A stretch of DNA of 64,000 nt, from assembly GCF_009914755.1 (NCBI RefSeq), contig NC_060929.1; one strand, given 5' to 3'. Shown in pieces: positions 42,601-61,682 of this stretch. The notes under the pieces were generated by a model that saw nothing but the letters and a program-made list of their open reading frames with translations, was not told the origin of the DNA and searched no databases. The position numbers and the translations under genes were made by a program. The stretch comes from the human T2T-CHM13v2.0 reference genome, Homo sapiens. How positions within the stretch are numbered: the stretch's first letter is position 1; each line of letters opens with the position of its first letter.

Positions 42601-43575
42601 ATGAGTGTAGAGGATGGGGGTATGCCAGGCCTGGGCCGTCCCAGGCAGGCCCGCTGGACCCTGATGCTACTCCTATCCACTGCCATGTACGGTGCCCATG
42701 CCCCATTGCTGGCACTGTGCCATGTGGACGGCCGAGTGCCCTTCCGGCCCTCCTCAGCCGTGCTGCTGACTGAGCTGACCAAGCTACTGTTATGCGCCTT
42801 CTCCCTTCTGGTAGGCTGGCAAGCATGGCCCCAGGGGCCCCCACCCTGGCGCCAGGCTGCTCCCTTCGCACTATCAGCCCTGCTCTATGGCGCTAACAAC
42901 AACCTGGTGATCTATCTTCAGCGTTACATGGACCCCAGCACCTACCAGGTGCTGAGTAATCTCAAGATTGGAAGCACAGCTGTGCTCTACTGCCTCTGCC
43001 TCCGGCACCGCCTCTCTGTGCGTCAGGGGTTAGCGCTGCTGCTGCTGATGGCTGCGGGAGCCTGCTATGCAGCAGGGGGCCTTCAAGTTCCCGGGAACAC
43101 CCTTCCCAGTCCCCCTCCAGCAGCTGCTGCCAGCCCCATGCCCCTGCATATCACTCCGCTAGGCCTGCTGCTCCTCATTCTGTACTGCCTCATCTCAGGC
43201 TTGTCGTCAGTGTACACAGAGCTGCTCATGAAGCGACAGCGGCTGCCCCTGGCACTTCAGAACCTCTTCCTCTACACTTTTGGTGTGCTTCTGAATCTAG
43301 GTCTGCATGCTGGCGGCGGCTCTGGCCCAGGCCTCCTGGAAGGTTTCTCAGGATGGGCAGCACTCGTGGTGCTGAGCCAGGCACTAAATGGACTGCTCAT
43401 GTCTGCTGTCATGAAGCATGGCAGCAGCATCACACGCCTCTTTGTGGTGTCCTGCTCGCTGGTGGTCAACGCCGTGCTCTCAGCAGTCCTGCTACGGCTG
43501 CAGCTCACAGCCGCCTTCTTCCTGGCCACATTGCTCATTGGCCTGGCCATGCGCCTGTACTATGGCAGCCGCTAG
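42601..43575 (+). CDS. SLC35A4: Nucleotide-sugar transporter family protein SLC35A4, 324 aa, CDS within one exon
   Basis: MSVEDGGMPG...RLYYGSR*; multi-TM; NST motifs ELTKL, YQVLSNLKI, SGLSSVYTELLMK, GLLMSAVMK. Confidence 0.96.
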   Translation: MSVEDGGMPGLGRPRQARWTLMLLLSTAMYGAHAPLLALCHVDGRVPFRPSSAVLLTELTKLLLCAFSLLVGWQAWPQGPPPWRQAAPFALSALLYGANNNLVIYLQRYMDPSTYQVLSNLKIGSTAVLYCLCLRHRLSVRQGLALLLLMAAGACYAAGGLQVPGNTLPSPPPAAAASPMPLHITPLGLLLLILYCLISGLSSVYTELLMKRQRLPLALQNLFLYTFGVLLNLGLHAGGGSGPGLLEGFSGWAALVVLSQALNGLLMSAVMKHGSSITRLFVVSCSLVVNAVLSAVLLRLQLTAAFFLATLLIGLAMRLYYGSR

Positions 43576-44486
43576 TCCCTGACAACTTCCACCCTGATTC
43601 CGGACCCTGTAGATTGGGCGCCACCACCAGATCCCCCTCCCAGGCCTTCCTCCCTCTCCCATCAGCAGCCCTGTAACAAGTGCCTTGTGAGAAAAGCTGG
43701 AGAAGTGAGGGCAGCCAGGTTATTCTCTGGAGGTTGGTGGATGAAGGGGTACCCCTAGGAGATGTGAAGTGTGGGTTTGGTTAAGGAAATGCTTACCATC
43801 CCCCACCCCCAACCAAGTTCTTCCAGACTAAAGAATTAAGGTAACATCAATACCTAGGCCTGAGAAATAACCCCATCCTTGTTGGGCAGCTCCCTGCTTT
43901 GTCCTGCATGAACAGAGTTGATGAAAGTGGGGTGTGGGCAACAAGTGGCTTTCCTTGCCTACTTTAGTCACCCAGCAGAGCCACTGGAGCTGGCTAGTCC
44001 AGCCCAGCCATGGTGCATGACTCTTCCATAAGGGATCCTCACCCTTCCACTTTCATGCAAGAAGGCCCAGTTGCCACAGATTATACAACCATTACCCAAA
44101 CCACTCTGACAGTCTCCTCCAGTTCCAGCAATGCCTAGAGACATGCTCCCTGCCCTCTCCACAGTGCTGCTCCCCACACCTAGCCTTTGTTCTGGAAACC
44201 CCAGAGAGGGCTGGGCTTGACTCATCTCAGGGAATGTAGCCCCTGGGCCCTGGCTTAAGCCGACACTCCTGACCTCTCTGTTCACCCTGAGGGCTGTCTT
44301 GAAGCCCGCTACCCACTCTGAGGCTCCTAGGAGGTACCATGCTTCCCACTCTGGGGCCTGCCCCTGCCTAGCAGTCTCCCAGCTCCCAACAGCCTGGGGA
44401 AGCTCTGCACAGAGTGACCTGAGACCAGGTACAGGAAACCTGTAGCTCAATCAGTGTCTCTTTAACTGCATAAGCAATAAGATCTT

Positions 44487-44492
44487 AATAAA
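44487..44492 (+). terminator. SLC35A4: SLC35A4 polyadenylation signal
   Basis: AATAAA ~910 nt after the stop, with GT-rich downstream element. Confidence 0.75.
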
Positions 44493-47400
44493 GTCTTCTA
44501 GGCTGTAGGGTGGTTCCTACAACCACAGCCATGATTGTCTTGTGTCTTCTGTCTGCGCAACTCCCCTCAAACAATTTTGTTCCTCTGGGGTCCTGAGTAT
44601 CTTAATTCTGGGATAACTTTTAGACTAAGAAAAAATTGTTTTCTCCAGGCTGTTGCCAGTGGCATTATTTCCTGTGAGAGTTCCATGGAACTGAGACATT
44701 TCCCTGTCATAGAGCTTTTGAAATTTCCCTGGAGCACAAAACTTGGGCCCAGGGGAATGCGGAGAGAGTCTTGGGAACAGCAGGTGCTGGGCCGAGCAGG
44801 ACAAACTAGACTCTAGGCCAAAAAACTCTTAAGAAAGCCGATGTGGTTTCGGTTTTCATTTCCTCTGGTTCCCTTACAATTTCTGCCTGTCATCTGTCTT
44901 AAAATCATGGCCAGGGGAATGTCAGGCCCTGATTCTATGATAGAATATGTGGTGAGTTTCTAAAAAAAACCAAGGGGGTTGGGGGGGGGCCCTAGGCCTA
45001 TCTTAGACCTATTAAAGCAGAATCTTAGGGAGTAGTGTTTGGGAATCTTTTTCTTCTTTCTCTTAAGCTCCCTAGGTGGTTCTGATGCACACAGAAGCTT
45101 GTAAGCCACTACTGTGCAGTGTAGAACTATGGACAGACTTGAATTTGAATTCTGGATCTTCCACTTAGCTGACTGTTCTTGGGCAGTTATTTAACCTCTC
45201 CTAGCTTTAGTTGCCTTATCCCTGAAATAAGGATCAAATGGTACCTACTATATGTGGTAGCTGGAGAGGCTAAATAAAATAATATTAGGCACTTAGTAAG
45301 GACTGGAACAATGAGACATGGTTTGTGTTATTAATTATCCATAATAAGGATCAGCTTGGTTTTGTCTCACCTTTTTCTCCCTTCTAGGACCCTCCAGAAT
45401 GAGGAGACAAGAAACTTCCTCTAAAGGGTTCCTGTTAAGGTTTCTCCCCAGGACAGGTCCAGCATGACTACCCCCAGCCTAGTCTGCACCCTGCTGAAGC
45501 TGCTGGTTCTCAGCTTGGAGCTCCTGATTCTGTGTGGCCAGGTTGATGGTTTCTTCCAGGGTGCCCGCCAGCAGGCTGCAGTGATGATGCTCTGTGGTCA
45601 TGGCCCCCTCCTCCCACTGGCCCTGCCAGGCTCAGAATACCTGTGCCCAGATTCAGAGATGCCTGTCACTCAGCCAGCCTTGGAGCCAGCTCAAGGCCTA
45701 CCCTCCATCCCCACTGATGGGCAGCACATGGTGTGTCTGAGCTCGGGTGGCCTGCACATGCAGGTCATAGAGGGCTGCCAGGTCCTGCTCTGCTGTGTTC
45801 CGCTCTTCCTGAAGGGCCTCCAGCTGGAATCTCAGCACCATCTGTTCCTGCTGCCATCTCTGCCTCTCCTCGCAGGCCTTCAGTGATAACACATACTCTT
45901 TGGAGTGCCACCTGTGTGCCAGGCTCTGTGCTAAATACTTCAGGTGTATTATTTTATCCAATAACAACCATATGTGGCATTGCCATCTTACAGATTTGGC
46001 AACAGTGGATCAAAGAAGTGACCTAACTTGCCCAAATTCTCATGGCTAGTAAAGGTCAGAGCTGACATGGCACATGCCTTTCAATGGTTTGCAGCTCTCC
46101 TTGGGGTAAAGTCCAAAGCCAGAGCTGTGGCACACACTTGTCTCTTTAGCCTTGCTTCTGACTACGCACCTGTTCAGCTCCAGCCAGACTGGAGAATTTG
46201 CAGTTCCCAGACCCACTTTGCCATTGCTTCCCTCTGAACTTTTGCTTATACTGTTTTGTCTTCTCTAAGAACATGTCCCCACTCCACCCACCCCCCATCA
46301 GTTACTGATGAGCAGTAACTGCCCTTGTTAAGCTCAGTGTCCAGTGAATTCCCCTGGCTGATCTCTGCCTGTCCTTTGAGGCTCAACTTAGATTCCATCT
46401 CCTCTGATCCACTCCAGCCTGGGTCAGATATGCCTTTTTGGTCCCACACAACCCTAGATCCCCCATCCCATCACTTAGCACTGAGAATTGCCTCATCTAT
46501 CCCTGACAAGGCTGTGAGGGCCATGAGAGAGGGTATGAACTGGTCGGTTGTGATTGATGATGGATCCTAGCCCCTAGCACAGTGCCTGGACCAATTAGAG
46601 CCTCAAGTCCCCTATTTGACCCTCCTTACCTCCTCTTCAGCCACCAGGCCTTTGACCTGGTCATCTGCCACCTCCTCCTTCTGTTCCAAATGCTTCAGCT
46701 TCTCTCGAATCCAAATTTGGTGCTGCTCCCTCAGTCTCTGCCTCTGGGCCTGGGCCAAGAAGAGCGGCCGGGCCACATCTGGTATCTGCTGGGCTTGGTC
46801 AGAAGTTCATGTGTGTGCACGGATTTAGGACCAGAGCCCAACTTTTCCAATAGAACCTCATCACCAGGGCTGCTCCCAGAACAACATCCAGGACCTAACT
46901 AGCCTGGAAGAGCTTGTAGCCTGGGCAGAGACTCAGGAGGCCATGGTGGGGAGAGGAAGGTAGTGGCTCTGCCAGGAGGTGCCATAGTGCCTCTAAGGAT
47001 CCTATACCCTTAATCCAATAAGTAGGAAAACAGTCCCTCCCCATGGCCTTGCCTTAGGGGTCTAGTCACCTTCAGGTCCTTTATTTGTCAAAAACTTCAT
47101 ATTTCTCCCTGATATTGGGGCAGGGTAAGCAGGGGCACATTAGCTGGGCTCTGCAGCTCTTCACTCCCCCTACAGCTTCTAGTCGTTCCTGGGGTACATG
47201 AGGTATTACCTATTCCTTAGGGTGCCTGAGAGGATTCTTTTGGTGGAGCCACGCCTTAGAGTTGCCATTCTTCCTGCCACTAGAGGAAAATGTAATTAAT
47301 CACACCAAAGGCAGGGAAGACGTCCCACTCCCAGCTCATCCCCAAGTCCCAGACCCACCTTGGGGCTCTCCCTCGAGGCATGGGCTCTGGTTTACTGGTG

Positions 47401-47924
47401 ACTCTATCACCTGCTGAGAAGATATTAGAAGTGATCGTTCCACACCTTTCCTCCCAGTACAGTGTAGGTTAAGATCAGGGCTTGGAAATCAGACAGATCA
47501 GGGTCCCAGCCCCTCCTCTTCTTAGCTGAATGACCTCGAGCAGGTGACTGGCCTAGTCTCCATGTGCTTCTCTATCAAATCGAGCTGATAAAAGTTGTGG
47601 AGAGAATGAAATGAAGTACTGCACCGAAAGCACTGGGCAGTAAGGCACTTGCTCAATAAATAGGAGCTACCATGCCTGATTCCCAAGCCCCAAGGCTGTA
47701 AAAACAAGTTCTAAGCAACTATGAAAAAAGAAGAGAAAGGCCAGGAGAGGCTGGACAGGGACAGGGTTTCAACCACCCTGTGATAAATCATGGAAGACCA
47801 GAAAGGCCATGCAGCCTAAGGAGATGAAAGAGCACTAGATTAGGAGTCTAAGGACTTGAGTGTGATTATACTTCTGCTGCTCCTGATTATGCCTGTGACC
47901 CCAGGCTCACAGGTCTCACATCTT

Positions 47925-48566
<642 letters not shown>

Positions 48567-50163
48567 TGAAAAGGGCACAGTGCTCTTTCCTGCTTAAAAT
48601 ACTTCTGTGGCTCACCTGTGACCTTTAAGACAAAGTCCAAACACCTCTGTTTTGCAAAGCCCTGTGTGACCTGGCCCCTGCTGTCCTCTCCAATACTTCT
48701 CTCCTGACTCTTCCTCAAGTTCTGTTCTTCAATAAATTGAGCTACTTGCACTCCCTCAAGGGGACCAAGCACTTTCTTGCCTCTGAGTCTTTGCCTGTCA
48801 TTCTCTCTGCCTTCAGGTTCTTCACTCATCTTTGTTGACCTCCTTCAGGAATCACTTCCTCCATGAAGTCTTCCATCCCTCTCTTGCCAAGGCTAACTTA
48901 GATGCCCCACAGAATTCTGTGTTTATAAGCCTTTCAGAGCACCGATTATGGTGGTGCAATTGTTTCCTCCCAGGAGATTATAAACTCCATGAGGGCAGGG
49001 AATTCCCAGGGCCTATGTGGCACTGGGCCCAGCACACAGTGGGTGGTCAATAAGTGTTTGGGAATCAATAAGTCAATGAATGAATGGAGGTCTTCCTCAA
49101 AGTGCTTTGGAAAGAGGACAAGAAGGCAGACTGCTCCTTGGAGCATCTGGCTTCTTGGGTGCTGGCTCCACGCTTTTACCACCTATGGAGAAAGGGTTCA
49201 AGGTGGGTACTGGCCATGGCTAGCCCAGGTGCCCTCAGGCTTCACCTTGCTCACCTCTAGCTCCCGCAGTGCCCTTCCCAGCTGGCTTAGCCCACTGTCC
49301 GTCAGGGTGTCCTCAAGGAGGCCTAAACGCAGGGGCCTCAGGCCAGCCCGGCGGGCCCGAGCCTCTTCTACTGCATCCCACAGGGTGGGCCTCACCTGTT
49401 TCACCTGCATCCTCCTTCCTGAGGCCCCCAACAGAGCAGCCTGGAGCAAACTGAGGGAGCTACCTAGTAAAGGGACACTCCAAGTGAATTACTCCTTCCT
49501 GTGGACTCCAAAGCACGCTGCTTGTGATACTTTTACTTTTTATTAGTAGTACTATTCATAAAAATATCTAACTCCCACTAGACTTTTACATATGCTTGAT
49601 GGCACTTCACTAAGGCTGTTCATGGATTGCCTCTTTTTATCCACACAACACTCCAATCAGGCAGAAGCTCTAATCTATCCTGCCTCCCCCGACATTTTCC
49701 AGATGAGGCAATAGAAGCTCAAAGAGGTCAAGCAACTTCTTGGCAAGTGGCAGAGCCTAAACTCAAGCCCATGCCCTTCAACATGATACCAAACTGGCCT
49801 GAAGATAAACACGTCTGGCCCTCACTGCTTTATCCTTGTGGGTGTGAACTGCTGTAACCTATCTTCCTCATTCCAAGGGACCTCCCACAGCGGAGGTCTG
49901 GGAACTTGCTAGCCAAATGAATGTGGGTTTGTTGATTTTGGAGATGAGGGCCAGACATTTTTTTACTCTTTTATTATGGAAAATTTCAAACATATACAAA
50001 GTATAGGAAATCCTGTCTACCTGTCACCTAGCTTTGACAGTTATCAACTCATGCCATTTCTGTTTGATCAATACCCCCACCTCGACCTCCCCCAAATCCC
50101 TGACATCATAACATTTCAGAGGCTTGATTTTTTTTTCTTTTTTTCCACCAGCATCTACATTAA

Positions 50164-50496
<333 letters not shown>

Positions 50497-51197
50497 TAAT
50501 GGGTGTATGAAAATAGGAGACTCCCTTCTCTTCTCTTATCCTCTCTATTCTCATCTATAAATTAGGCCTGCCTCTCTTTCCTTATTTGTAAATTATATCT
50601 GCCTCATGGGGTTGTGGTAAGAATCAAAGGCATTTGTGCAAAAATGCTTGGTAAGTGGTTTAAGGTCTCTGAAGGGTGAGGGGTTACTTTCACTATTGAC
50701 CTTACTTTGCCTCTCCAGTCTCTGTCAGCCTAGGCACTCTGGGGCCCTCTTGGAGGGTCAGACGCTCTCTCTGGGCTGAGGTTGGGGCTGAGGCCGGTTG
50801 CGTGATGGGTGAGGCAGGCCTAAGGACAGATCTCAGAGCTTCCCAAAGAACTCCACACTCTCCCCCTGGCCACCTTGGGGGTCCAGGCGAAGAAGTAGGC
50901 CACTGTAGTTGTTTCCTTCCAAGAGCCATGAGACAATCCAGGGCAAAGAGCCCTCCGCCTCCTCACCAACAACTTCACCAGCCAACACCCGCAGCAGGGG
51001 GCAGTCTCTGCAAGAGGGAGAGGAAGAAAGGCGACGTCCACTGGTGGATGGGGAAAGAAACTGGACAGAGTTACACTCTGATGGAAAGGGCAACTATTTC
51101 CAGAAACTTTTGTGTATCACCAGACAGATTTGAAACATTGTACAGATCTTTATTTTATTACTATTATTTTTTAAATTACAAAAGTAATACATTCTCC

Positions 51198-51516
<319 letters not shown>

Positions 51517-52750
51517 TCATGGTAAAAAATTTAAATTGTGTACCTGACAAGTGACTTGTACCCAGAATATATAAAGAGCTCTTACAACTCAATAATAAAA
51601 AGACAACCCAATTTTAAAATGGGCAAAAGAAGATGACATCAGTGAAAATGGCAGAGTAGGGAACTCCAAGAGTCCGTTCATCCCCAGAAACACCTAGCAA
51701 AAACAGCCAGAAACAACCTTATTTTAACTCTGAAAGATAGAGGTTTACAGCAACCAATGCTTAACCAGGAGAAAGGCAACTTAAATATGGTAAGAGATCT
51801 CTGTGGTGTTTTAACTTACCCTAGCTCCAACCCCTCCCCAGCACAGGGCTAATCTTGAAGACAGCAGCCCAAATTTCTGGTGGGGGTTCCTGGTTAGGGA
51901 GGGAGCAGAGAAGATCTTGATCCCAATGAATTGTGTTTATCTTTTTTGACTGTCTGGAATTTCCCTTGAAGAACTGATGAAAGGGAATTCTCTTTGCTTC
52001 ACGAATCTCAGAACTCTCTCAAGGCAGAGCAGCTACACAGAGGATGTTCCCTGAAAACTGCTAAAGAACAAAAGAACAAGGAACTGCTGCCTGAAGCAAA
52101 AATAACAGTTGAGGCAAACAACTGATACCCTGAAAGACTGGGAAAAGTTTGGAAGTGATATTTTTGGGAGAATAAGGGCTTCAAAAAGTTCCCATGTGTA
52201 CTAGAGAGAGCAGAAAGCACACCCAGGGTAGGACTCATGTGCAGAAAAGGCCCAATAAGACAATAAGCTTTCATCTCTGTCTGGTCTTTGGGCTCAGCAC
52301 AAGCAGGAAGTGAAGGCTAAAACAGAGCTGTAAATTGCCTGGCTAAGCTTAGGAGTGACTCCACACAGAGCCAATCTGCAAAGACCTAGAAAATTCTTTC
52401 TTTTTCTTTTTTCCTTCCTTCCTTCCTTTGTTTTCTTTTTCGTATTCTTCTTTATTCTTTTTGTTTCTTTTTTTATTTGTTTCTTTCTTCTTCCTTTTTA
52501 AAAAACAAAACAAAACTTTTTTTTTAGTCGCAGGCATTTAAGGAATTCTATGTTAGGTCACTGGCTGACTACTAAAATAACAAAATGAAGCCTTCAGTGA
52601 ATACAAAGAATACAGTCTTCAAAAAAAAAAAAACCCACAAAGATAAAGAGAGAATCTTGAAAACAGCAAGAGAGAAGCAGCTTATTATGTGCAATGGATC
52701 TTCAATAAGACTAAAAACAGACTTATCCCCAGAAACCATGGGATAACTTA

Positions 52751-53862
<1,112 letters not shown>

Positions 53863-54650
53863 GGTATTTAAAGTGCTTTAAAAAATCCTGCCAATCAAGA
53901 ATTATATATCTGGCAAAACTATCCTTCAAAAATGAAGGCAAAATTATGACACTCCCAGATCAATCAAAGCTGAAGTAATTCATTGTTAGTAGACTTGCCT
54001 TACCAAAAATGCTAAAGGGAGTCCATCAGCCTGAAATGAAAGGACACTAGACAGTAACTTGAAGCCATATAAAGAAATAAGGAACAATAATAAGGTTCCT
54101 ACATGTGTAAATATAAAAGCCCATAATATTGCATTTTTGGTTTGTAACTCCTCTTTTTTGCCTATATGATTTAAAAAACAAATGCATAAAACAATAATTG
54201 TAAACCTATGATAATGGGCACACAATATATACAGATATAATTTGTGACATTAGCAACATAATGGGAAAATATGCAGATGTATGGGGTAAAATCTTTATAG
54301 ATATTGAAGCTAAATTGGAATTAATTCAAGCTGGATTGCTATGTGGTTTTTGTTTTGTCTTTTTTTGTTTGTTTGTTTGTTTGTTTGTTTTTAGATGAGG
54401 TCTCACTATGTTGCCCAGGCTGGTTTCAAACTCCTGGGTTCAAAAGATCCTTCTGCCTCAGCCTCCTGATTAGCTGGGATTACAGGTGCATACCCTTGTG
54501 CCTGGTGAGACTGTTTTAAATTTAAGATATTAGCCGGGCGAGGTGGCTCACGACTGTAATCCCAGCACTTTGGGAGGCTGAGGCAGGCAGATCACGAGGT
54601 CAAGAGATCAAGACTATCCTGGCCAACATGGTGAAACCCCATCTCTACTA

Positions 54651-54821
<171 letters not shown>

Positions 54822-56917
54822 TTAATTAATTAATTAAAATACATTTAAGATATTAATTGTAATCTCCAAGATGGCCACAAGGAAAATAAGTGGGGTTTTT
54901 TTGTTTTGTCTTGCTTTTTTAGACAGGGTATCACTCTGTCACCCAGGCTAGAGTGCAGTGGCACGATCATGGCTCACTGCAGCCTCAACTTTCCAGACTC
55001 CAGTGATCCTCCCACTTCAGCCTCCTGAGTAGCTAGGACCACAGGCCTGTGCCACCATGCCTGGCCAATAGAAAAATAACCGTTAAAAATATGGAAAAAC
55101 CCCTGTTCACTTTGCCAAATGGATTTGTGTCTTTATTGCTCATTAATTGGGGCAAAGGAAATATCCTTTTAAAACTCAGGCAAACTGAGTGTTTGTCTTG
55201 TATCCTGTCAGAGGAAAGAAATTGAAAAAGAATAAAAAGGAAAAAAATATCAAAAAGGTAATGCGAAAAAAATCAACACAGCACATTGCAAAAAATCAAT
55301 TAAATACAAAAGGCAATATTAGAGGAATTAAGAAACAAAAATATATAGCCAAATAGCAAGATGGCAGGAGTTAGTGTTTGTTATCAGTGATTACTTTAAA
55401 GGTAAATGGAATAAACTCCCCGATTAAATAATAGAGTTTGGAAGAATAGTTTTTTTTTTTTTGGTTGGAAGAATAGATTAAAAAAAAAACCCTTAATTTA
55501 TCTATGTGTTGTCTACAAGAGACTCATTTTATTTTCTTTATTTTTTTAAGAGACAGGGTCTCACTGTGTTGCCTAGGCTGGAGGTACAGTGATGTGATCA
55601 TGGCTCACTGCAGCCTCAACCTCCCAGGCTCAAGTGATCCTCCTGCCTCAGCCTCCAAGTAGCTGGAACTACAGATGTGTGCCACCATACCTACTTATTT
55701 TCATTTTTTTGTAGCTATGGGATCTTACTATGTTGCCTAGTCTGGTTTCAAACTTCTAAACTCAAGTGATTCTTCCACCCTGGCCTCCGAAAGTGTTGGG
55801 ATTACCGGCATGAGCTGCCGTGTCCAGCCAAGACCCACTTTAGATCCAAAGACACAAATAGGTTAAAAGTAAGAAGATGGAAAAAGATACAAAAGAGTCT
55901 GTGGTGGCTATATAAGTATCACACCAAATAGACTGTAAGTCAAAAATTGTTACAAGAGACAAAGAAGTATATTATATATTCATAAAAGGTTCAATTCATC
56001 AAAAAGATAAAACAAATATAAACACGTATGCACCTGACAATAGACCAAATATGTGAAGCAAAAATGGACAGAAATGAAGGGAGAAATAGATAGTTCTACA
56101 GTAATAGTTGGAGACTTCAATACTCTACTTTCTTTTCTTTTCTTTTTCTTTTTTTGAGATAAGATCTCACTATATTGCCCAGGCTGGTCTTGAACTCCTA
56201 GGCTCAAGCAATCCTCCTGCCTTAGCCTCCTGAGTAGTTGGGAATTACAGGTGCATGCCACTACACCCAGCTTCCCCAGTTTCAGTACTAAGTAGAACAA
56301 GTAGACAAATGATCAATAAGGAAGTAGAGGACTTAAGTAATACTAAACAATTTAGACCTAAGAGACATGTTTAGAACACTCAATCCCAAAATAACAGAAT
56401 ACACATTCTTCTCAAGTGCTTGGAACATTCTCCAAGGTAAACCATATGCTAGGCCACAAAGCAAGTGTCAATCATATTTAAAAGTTAAAATCACACAAAG
56501 TATCTTCTCTAGCCATAGTGGAATAAACTAGAAATGAGTAACAGAAGAGAAACTGGAAAATTCACAAATATGTAGAAATTAAACAACCAGTGGGTCAGAA
56601 GAGAAATCACATGGAGAATTAGAAAATACTTTCAGAGAAATGAAAACAAAAACACAACATATCAATACTTATGTGATGAAGCAAAAGTAGTGCTTAGAGG
56701 GAAATTTGTAAGTATAAACATCTACATGAAAAAGGAAGCTCTGAAACCAATAATTTAACTGGACACCTCAAGGAACTAGAAAAAGAGAAAAATAAACCCA
56801 AAGCTAATAGAAGAAAGAAAAGAATAAAGATCCAAACAGAGATAAATGAAAAAGAGAATATAAAATAATAGAAAATCAATGAAACCAAAGTTGATTCCTT
56901 GAAAAAAAAATTTTAAA

Positions 56918-58288
<1,371 letters not shown>

Positions 58289-58702
58289 AAAAATTTTAAA
58301 ATGGACAAACCTTTAGCTAGATTGACTAAGAAAGACAGAAGATTCATATTACTAACATTAGAAATGAAAGTGAGGGCATTGCTACCAACCTTACAGAAGT
58401 AAAAAGGATTACAAGAGAATGCCACAAACAATTATATACCAACAAATTAGAGAACTTAGATGAAATGGACAAATTCCTAGAAACACACAAATGATCAAAA
58501 CTGACTCCAGAAGAAATAGAAATTCCGAATAGACCTATACCAGGTAAAGAGATTGAATCGGGCTGGGTGCAGTGGCTCACGCGTGTAATCACACTTTGGG
58601 AGACCGAGGCGGGTGGATCATGAGGTCAGGAGTTTGAGCCCAGCCTGACTAACATGGTGAAACCCCAACTCTACTAAAAAAAATACAAAAATTAGACAGT
58701 CA

Positions 58703-58879
<177 letters not shown>

Positions 58880-59883
58880 TCAAAAACCTCCCAACAAAGA
58901 AAAATCCAGGACCAAATGGCTTCAATGGTGAATTCTAGCAAACAGTTGAAGAATAAGTAACACCAATTCCTCTCACACTGCTCCAAAAAATGGAATAAGA
59001 AGGAAGACTTCCTAACTCATCCTATGAGACCAACATTGCCCCAATACCAAAACCAAAGACAACACAAGAAAATAAAATTACACACCAATATTCTTTTGAA
59101 TGTAGACTCAAAAGCTCTCAACAAAATACTAGCCAATGGAATCCACTGAGTATTAGAAGTATACATCATGACCAACTGAGATTTATCCCAGGAATGCAAG
59201 GGTAGTTCAACATGAAAATAAATCAATATATAATATACCACATTAATAGAATGAAGAAAAAATATGATGATCATTTCAACTGATGCAGAAAAGCCTTTGA
59301 CAATATCCAACATCCTTTCATAAGAAAATGCTCAACAAAATAGGAATAGAAGGGAAATTTCATAACATGATTAAGGGCATATATAGAAAAACCCACAGCC
59401 GATATCACAAGCAATGGTGAAAGACTAAAATCTTCCCCCTCAGATCAAGAACAATATAAGTATGACTACTATCACCACTGCCATTCAACCTTGTATTAAA
59501 AGTTCAAGCCAGAACAATCAGGCAAGAAAAAGAAACAAAACTATTGAAATAGGAAAGGAAGAAATAAAACTATCTCAATTTGCAAATGATATAATTTTAT
59601 ATACAGAACATCCTAAAAAATCCACATCCAAAAAGAACTATTAGAACTAATAATCAAATTCAGTAAAGTTGCAGAATACAAAATCAACACGCAAAAATCA
59701 GTTGTATAGCCGGGCATGGTGACTCACGCCTGTAATCCCAGCACTTTGGGAGGCCGAGGCAGGTGGATCACGAGGTCAGGAGTTCAATACCAGCCTGGCC
59801 AAGATGGTGAAACCCCGTCTCTACTAAAAATACAAAAAAATTAGCCAGGCATGGTGGCAGGGGCCTGTAATCCCAGCTACTCA

Positions 59884-60039
<156 letters not shown>

Positions 60040-60159
60040 CTAGCTATGTCACCAAGGCTGGTATGCAGTGATGTGATCAAGGCTCACTGCAGCCTAGACC
60101 TCCCATGTCAGCCTATTGAGCAGATGGGAGTACAGGCATGCACCATCATGCCCAGCTAA

Positions 60160-60645
<486 letters not shown>

Positions 60646-60887
60646 TAAATTCCACTTATAATAACATCAAAAATAATAAAATGCTAAGAAATAAATTTAA
60701 CCAAGGAAGTGTAAATCTTATACCCTGAAAACTGTAAAACACTGCTGAAATAAAGAGAACCTAAATATATGAAAAAACAGCCTGTGCTCATTGTTCATGA
60801 ATTGGAAGACTTCATATCATGAAGATGACCGTATTCCCCAACAAATCTAGAGATTCAATACAATGCCTATCAAAATCCCAATGGCCG

Positions 60888-60918
<31 letters not shown>

Positions 60919-61520
60919 ATGGAAAAGCCAAATCCTAAAATTCCTATGGAATTGCAAGGAGCCCTGAATAGCCCAAACAATGTTGAAAAAAAGAATAAAG
61001 TTGAGGGCCGGGCGTGGTGGCTCACGCCTGTAATCCCAGCACTTTGGGAGGCCAAGGTGGGCGGATCACGAGGTCAGAAGTTCGAGACCAGCCTGACCAA
61101 CATGGTGAAACCCTGTCTCTACTAAAACTACAAAAATTAGCCGGGAGTGGTGGCGTGCGCTTGTAATCCCAGCTACTCAGAAGGCTGAGGAAGGAGAATA
61201 CTTAAACCCAGGAGGCAGAGGTTGCAGTGAGCCAAGATCACGCCACTGCACTCCAGCCTGGGAAACAGAGCAAGACTCTATCTCAAAAAAAAAGAAAGAA
61301 AAGAACAAAGTTGAAGGACTTACACTTTTCCATTTCAAAGCTTACTACGAAGCTACAGTAAATAATATAGTGTCAGGCTGGGCCCAGTGGTTCACCCCTG
61401 TAATCCCAACACTTTGGAAGGCCAAGATGGGAGGATAGCTTGAGCCCAGGAATTTGAGACCAGCCTGGGCAAAGTAATGAGACCTTATTTCTACAAAAAA
61501 AAATTTTTTTTAATTAGCTA

Positions 61521-61682
<162 letters not shown>

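Noticed and set aside
48989-49546. 185-aa plus-strand ORF, and likewise 45464..45886 and 46582..46902
   Set aside because: Antisense shadows of the minus-strand pseudogene exons
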